A stretch of DNA of 64,000 bases, from positions 84,384,001 to 84,448,000 of the forward strand of contig NC_045696.1 of the NCBI RefSeq assembly GCF_009834535.1, in the 5' to 3' direction. Position 1 is the first letter of the stretch. Each line of letters begins with the position of its first letter. Shown one piece after another: positions 62,611-64,000 of this stretch. The DNA comes from Camelus ferus. Lineage: Eukaryota. A model generated the notes under the pieces. It did not search any database. It was given only the letters and a program-made list of their open reading frames with translations, and was not told the DNA's origin. A program made the position numbers and the translations under genes.

Positions 62611-64000
62611 CTGACATAAATGGTGATAGAAACACTTCACCATCTCCCAATATTCTGAAATAGCTTCCACTGGAAATACATTTTGCCATTTTTCACTTAG
62701 ACATATACCATCTGTGTGTCACCTTCTCCACATAGTATTTTTTGACTCCAACTCATATAGCTATCTCCTTTCTTCTTTTTTTGTAGAACATACACACTTA
62801 ACCCCACTCATTTGGTTATGACACTTATTCACTCATTCAAAAGCCTTACTAAGCTTTTTACTATGTGTCAAGCACCGTGTAAGGAAGTTGTGAACAAAAA
62901 GTCATAATCCCTGCAGCTGACGTGAGTCTGTTTATATATTCTGTTTGTATATTCTCTCCATTTATATTATATATTCTCAAATGGCAAAGGTCATATTTAT
63001 CATTTTGCTGTATCCCACCTAGTCCCTGTATGATACAGTCCTATAAAACTACTAAGTATTTCATAACTCTATCCTGAAAAGATTGGATGAAAAGTTTTTT
63101 GCTCTCTCTTGAAATGGATACGTAGCTAACATAATACACTTAGATAAAGAATATGACCATGTGTTTAGATAGATATGTCTTTGATAATTTGCAAATCAGC
63201 CTTTGATCATCTGTCAGCATTCTCAAAGTATTTTACTGCTAACAAGGGAAAGCGTTTTACACACTATGCATTTTATTAATTTTTAAATGGTTATTGCCAT
63301 CTTGAATAAAAGGCCTACGGAAAGTGATAATAATAGAGACACTGGAATGAATTAAAAAGCTCTTGATTCAGAAAAAGTATTCAGTAGGATAAAAAACTGA
63401 GGCAGGAAAAAATGACAGATTAGAAGAGATACACTGTTAAACAATAATACGTTACTGAAAAGATTATTTGATTGTTTATATCAGTGTTTACTAATTTCTT
63501 CTTAAACAATTAACTGGGGGAAACCATCCTTTAGAGAAAGCCTGAATAGGGATTTTTGAAAAATTTAAGATCTTTAAGTTTGATGAGACCTCAAATTGTA
63601 TTTTCTCAACCCCAAAGATGAGAAAAAAGGAAACTGGGCAAAGCCACACTCTAATAAATATAAAGTCAACCAAATGTCATTTAACACTATTGGTCAAGTC
63701 TATTGATATTATTTTGATTTTAAGCAGAAGCATTGAGACAAATAATGAGTGAGATGTGTTCAGAATTTATGATTGCCTTAACTTTTCCTTCCAGATTGAC
63801 TCAAGCACAGACCTGTATCAAAAAATAATGACAACAGAAGAGGAGCTTCTATCAGCAAAAGAAGAGGAGGGTAGAAAATGGCAAATGGAGATGGTGAATC
63901 ACAGCCGGGTTGTAAATCCCATCTCAGTTTTTAAGTATATTTGTTATTTCCTTGATAGGATGCTGGGGAATAGATTCCAGGGAATAGCTCAGGAGCATCA

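Noticed and set aside
1..64000. CRISPR arrays, operons, rRNA or other prokaryotic-type systems; remaining short ORFs
   Set aside because: Mammalian intronic DNA with no repeat-spacer arrays; the listed ORFs are of random length and mostly lie in repeats.

Overview
AT-rich, CpG-poor mammalian DNA, most likely from a camelid (tRNA-Ala-derived Vic-1-like SINE at 3544, artiodactyl-type L1 3' end at 21372, no Alu/Bov-A seen). I can support no protein-coding gene. The window reads as a long intron of a + strand gene: the recognisable L1s are on the - strand, and there is one clean 194-nt non-coding exon at 57649-57842. From memory alone its size and isolation fit the second 5'UTR exon of HS3ST5; this is unverified. 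The rest is old repeats (MIR, L2, L1M, MLT, MER5/45/63, LTR16/40) plus a dense, nested cluster of ERV solo LTRs at 24-35 kb. That cluster holds three copies of one family (two form a close inverted pair) and an LTR-in-LTR-in-L1 stack. The most unusual signal is at 41901-41930: a 29/30 copy of the first 30 nt of the 57649 exon. It starts at the splice acceptor, is preceded by GC-rich exon-like sequence, and sits in a patchwork insertion inside an L2. This looks like a spliced cDNA fragment of the host gene captured in its own intron. Repeat family names come from recall of consensus sequences, and boundaries without TSDs are approximate.
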